DNA from: Amoebidium appalachense
Taxonomy: Eukaryota; Protista; Ichthyosporea
Direction: 5' to 3'
Length of the DNA: 64,000 nucleotides
Assembly: GCA_963693365.1 (NCBI GenBank)
Contig: CAVNZM010000001.1
Span: 11,248,161 to 11,312,160, forward strand
Positions 63,200 through 64,000 of this stretch are shown here, one piece after another. The position numbers and the translations under genes are program-made. Position 1 is the first letter of the stretch; every line of letters begins with the position of its first letter. The notes below the pieces were generated by a model that saw only the letters and a program-made list of their open reading frames with translations, was not told the DNA's origin and ran no database searches.

Positions 63200-63723
63200 T
63201 TCCACCCCCTCACCCCCTCGCCTTTCCTGCTTGGAGGGCCATGGGACCCCTCGTCTCTCTGCGTTTTGTCAATGTGTACTCTAATTGCCGCAAGTTAAAC
63301 ACCCTCCCCGGGGGGGGGGGGGGGGGGGGGGGGGATTGGGAGAGCAGTTGTTAGTGCAAAGGTGAAACGATAGTGTGGAAGAGGATCTGTATGAAAAGTT
63401 GAAGATTTTCTTAATTATGAATGGTGGAACTTGATTGGCCAAACACCGCCCCCCGCATGGCCCAAGGGACCAATCGAAGCTGACGGTGATTGATTTCAAA
63501 AATAAGCCACCCCGCAGAGTTAACATTCCCGTTCTTCTCACTACGTTTATGGTGTCATCTGGCCAATCAAATCTGGTTGTTAGTTCTTACGAACCAATCA
63601 TATCTCAGATGCCTGCGCCAAGGCGTGGTGAGCTTGTGCGGCAGATGGGTGACAGGTTGAGGCAAAAGTCGAAAATCCTTGGCCAGTTGGTGTCGCTTGA
63701 GGTCGGAAAGATTCTGCCTGAGG
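60151..63723 (+). CDS. ALDH7A1: Aldehyde dehydrogenase family 7 (antiquitin), 5' part with mitochondrial-type presequence; continues past the window
   Basis: Exons 60151-60176, 60986-61084, 62109-62235, 63098-63163, 63609-63723 give [82 protein letters not shown]...[39 protein letters not shown], the typical ALDH7 N-terminus. Confidence 0.92.
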
Positions 63724-64000
63724 GTACGTATTACTTGTGGTTTTTTTTTGGTTTTTTTTTTTTTTTTTGTGGGGGGGGGGGGGAGGGCAATTTTTAAAGC
63801 CGCCGGAGTTGCTGAAGGATTCTTTCTGAGGGTAGGTTGCCCTTTTTTTGTGTGTTTGGGGGGCAGGGGGGGGGGTTGGGTGGGGGGGGGGAAGATTGCA
63901 TTTGTATGCGGCTGTAGCCTTCTGTTTGTTTGTACTGGAATCCAGGGGAGAACTGATTAACCCCGCTCCAACTATCTTTTTTTTTTTTTTCTATCCCTGT

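Overview
Intron-dense eukaryotic DNA full of poly-C/poly-G tracts and (CA)n/(GCAC)n microsatellites. Nearly all long ORFs in the supplied track are low-complexity artefacts. Splicing by hand gave these genes: (1) a decayed Q/A-rich multi-exon pseudogene at the left end (minus strand); (2) an intronless mucin-like type I membrane protein ending in a PDZ-type motif (9830-11497, minus); (3) a 12-exon ArfGAP with two UBA domains and C-terminal NPF motifs (14154-27074, minus), head-to-head with (4) a 29-30-exon tomosyn/STXBP5 with a C-terminal R-SNARE motif (28263-50193, plus); and (5) the 5' part of ALDH7A1 (from 60151, plus). Gene content suggests a non-animal opisthokont, possibly a unicellular holozoan (inference only). 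The main signals concern splicing and intronic DNA: a U12-type AT-AC intron in tomosyn; a ~100-130 nt element found at about 9 intronic sites, always sense to the host gene; repeated local duplications of 3' splice junctions that create decoy acceptors; an in-frame duplicated cassette exon; and a 270-nt near-perfect intronic hairpin. Two hAT-like MITEs and a diverged ~2.4 kb tandem duplication lie between tomosyn and ALDH7. No database searches were run.
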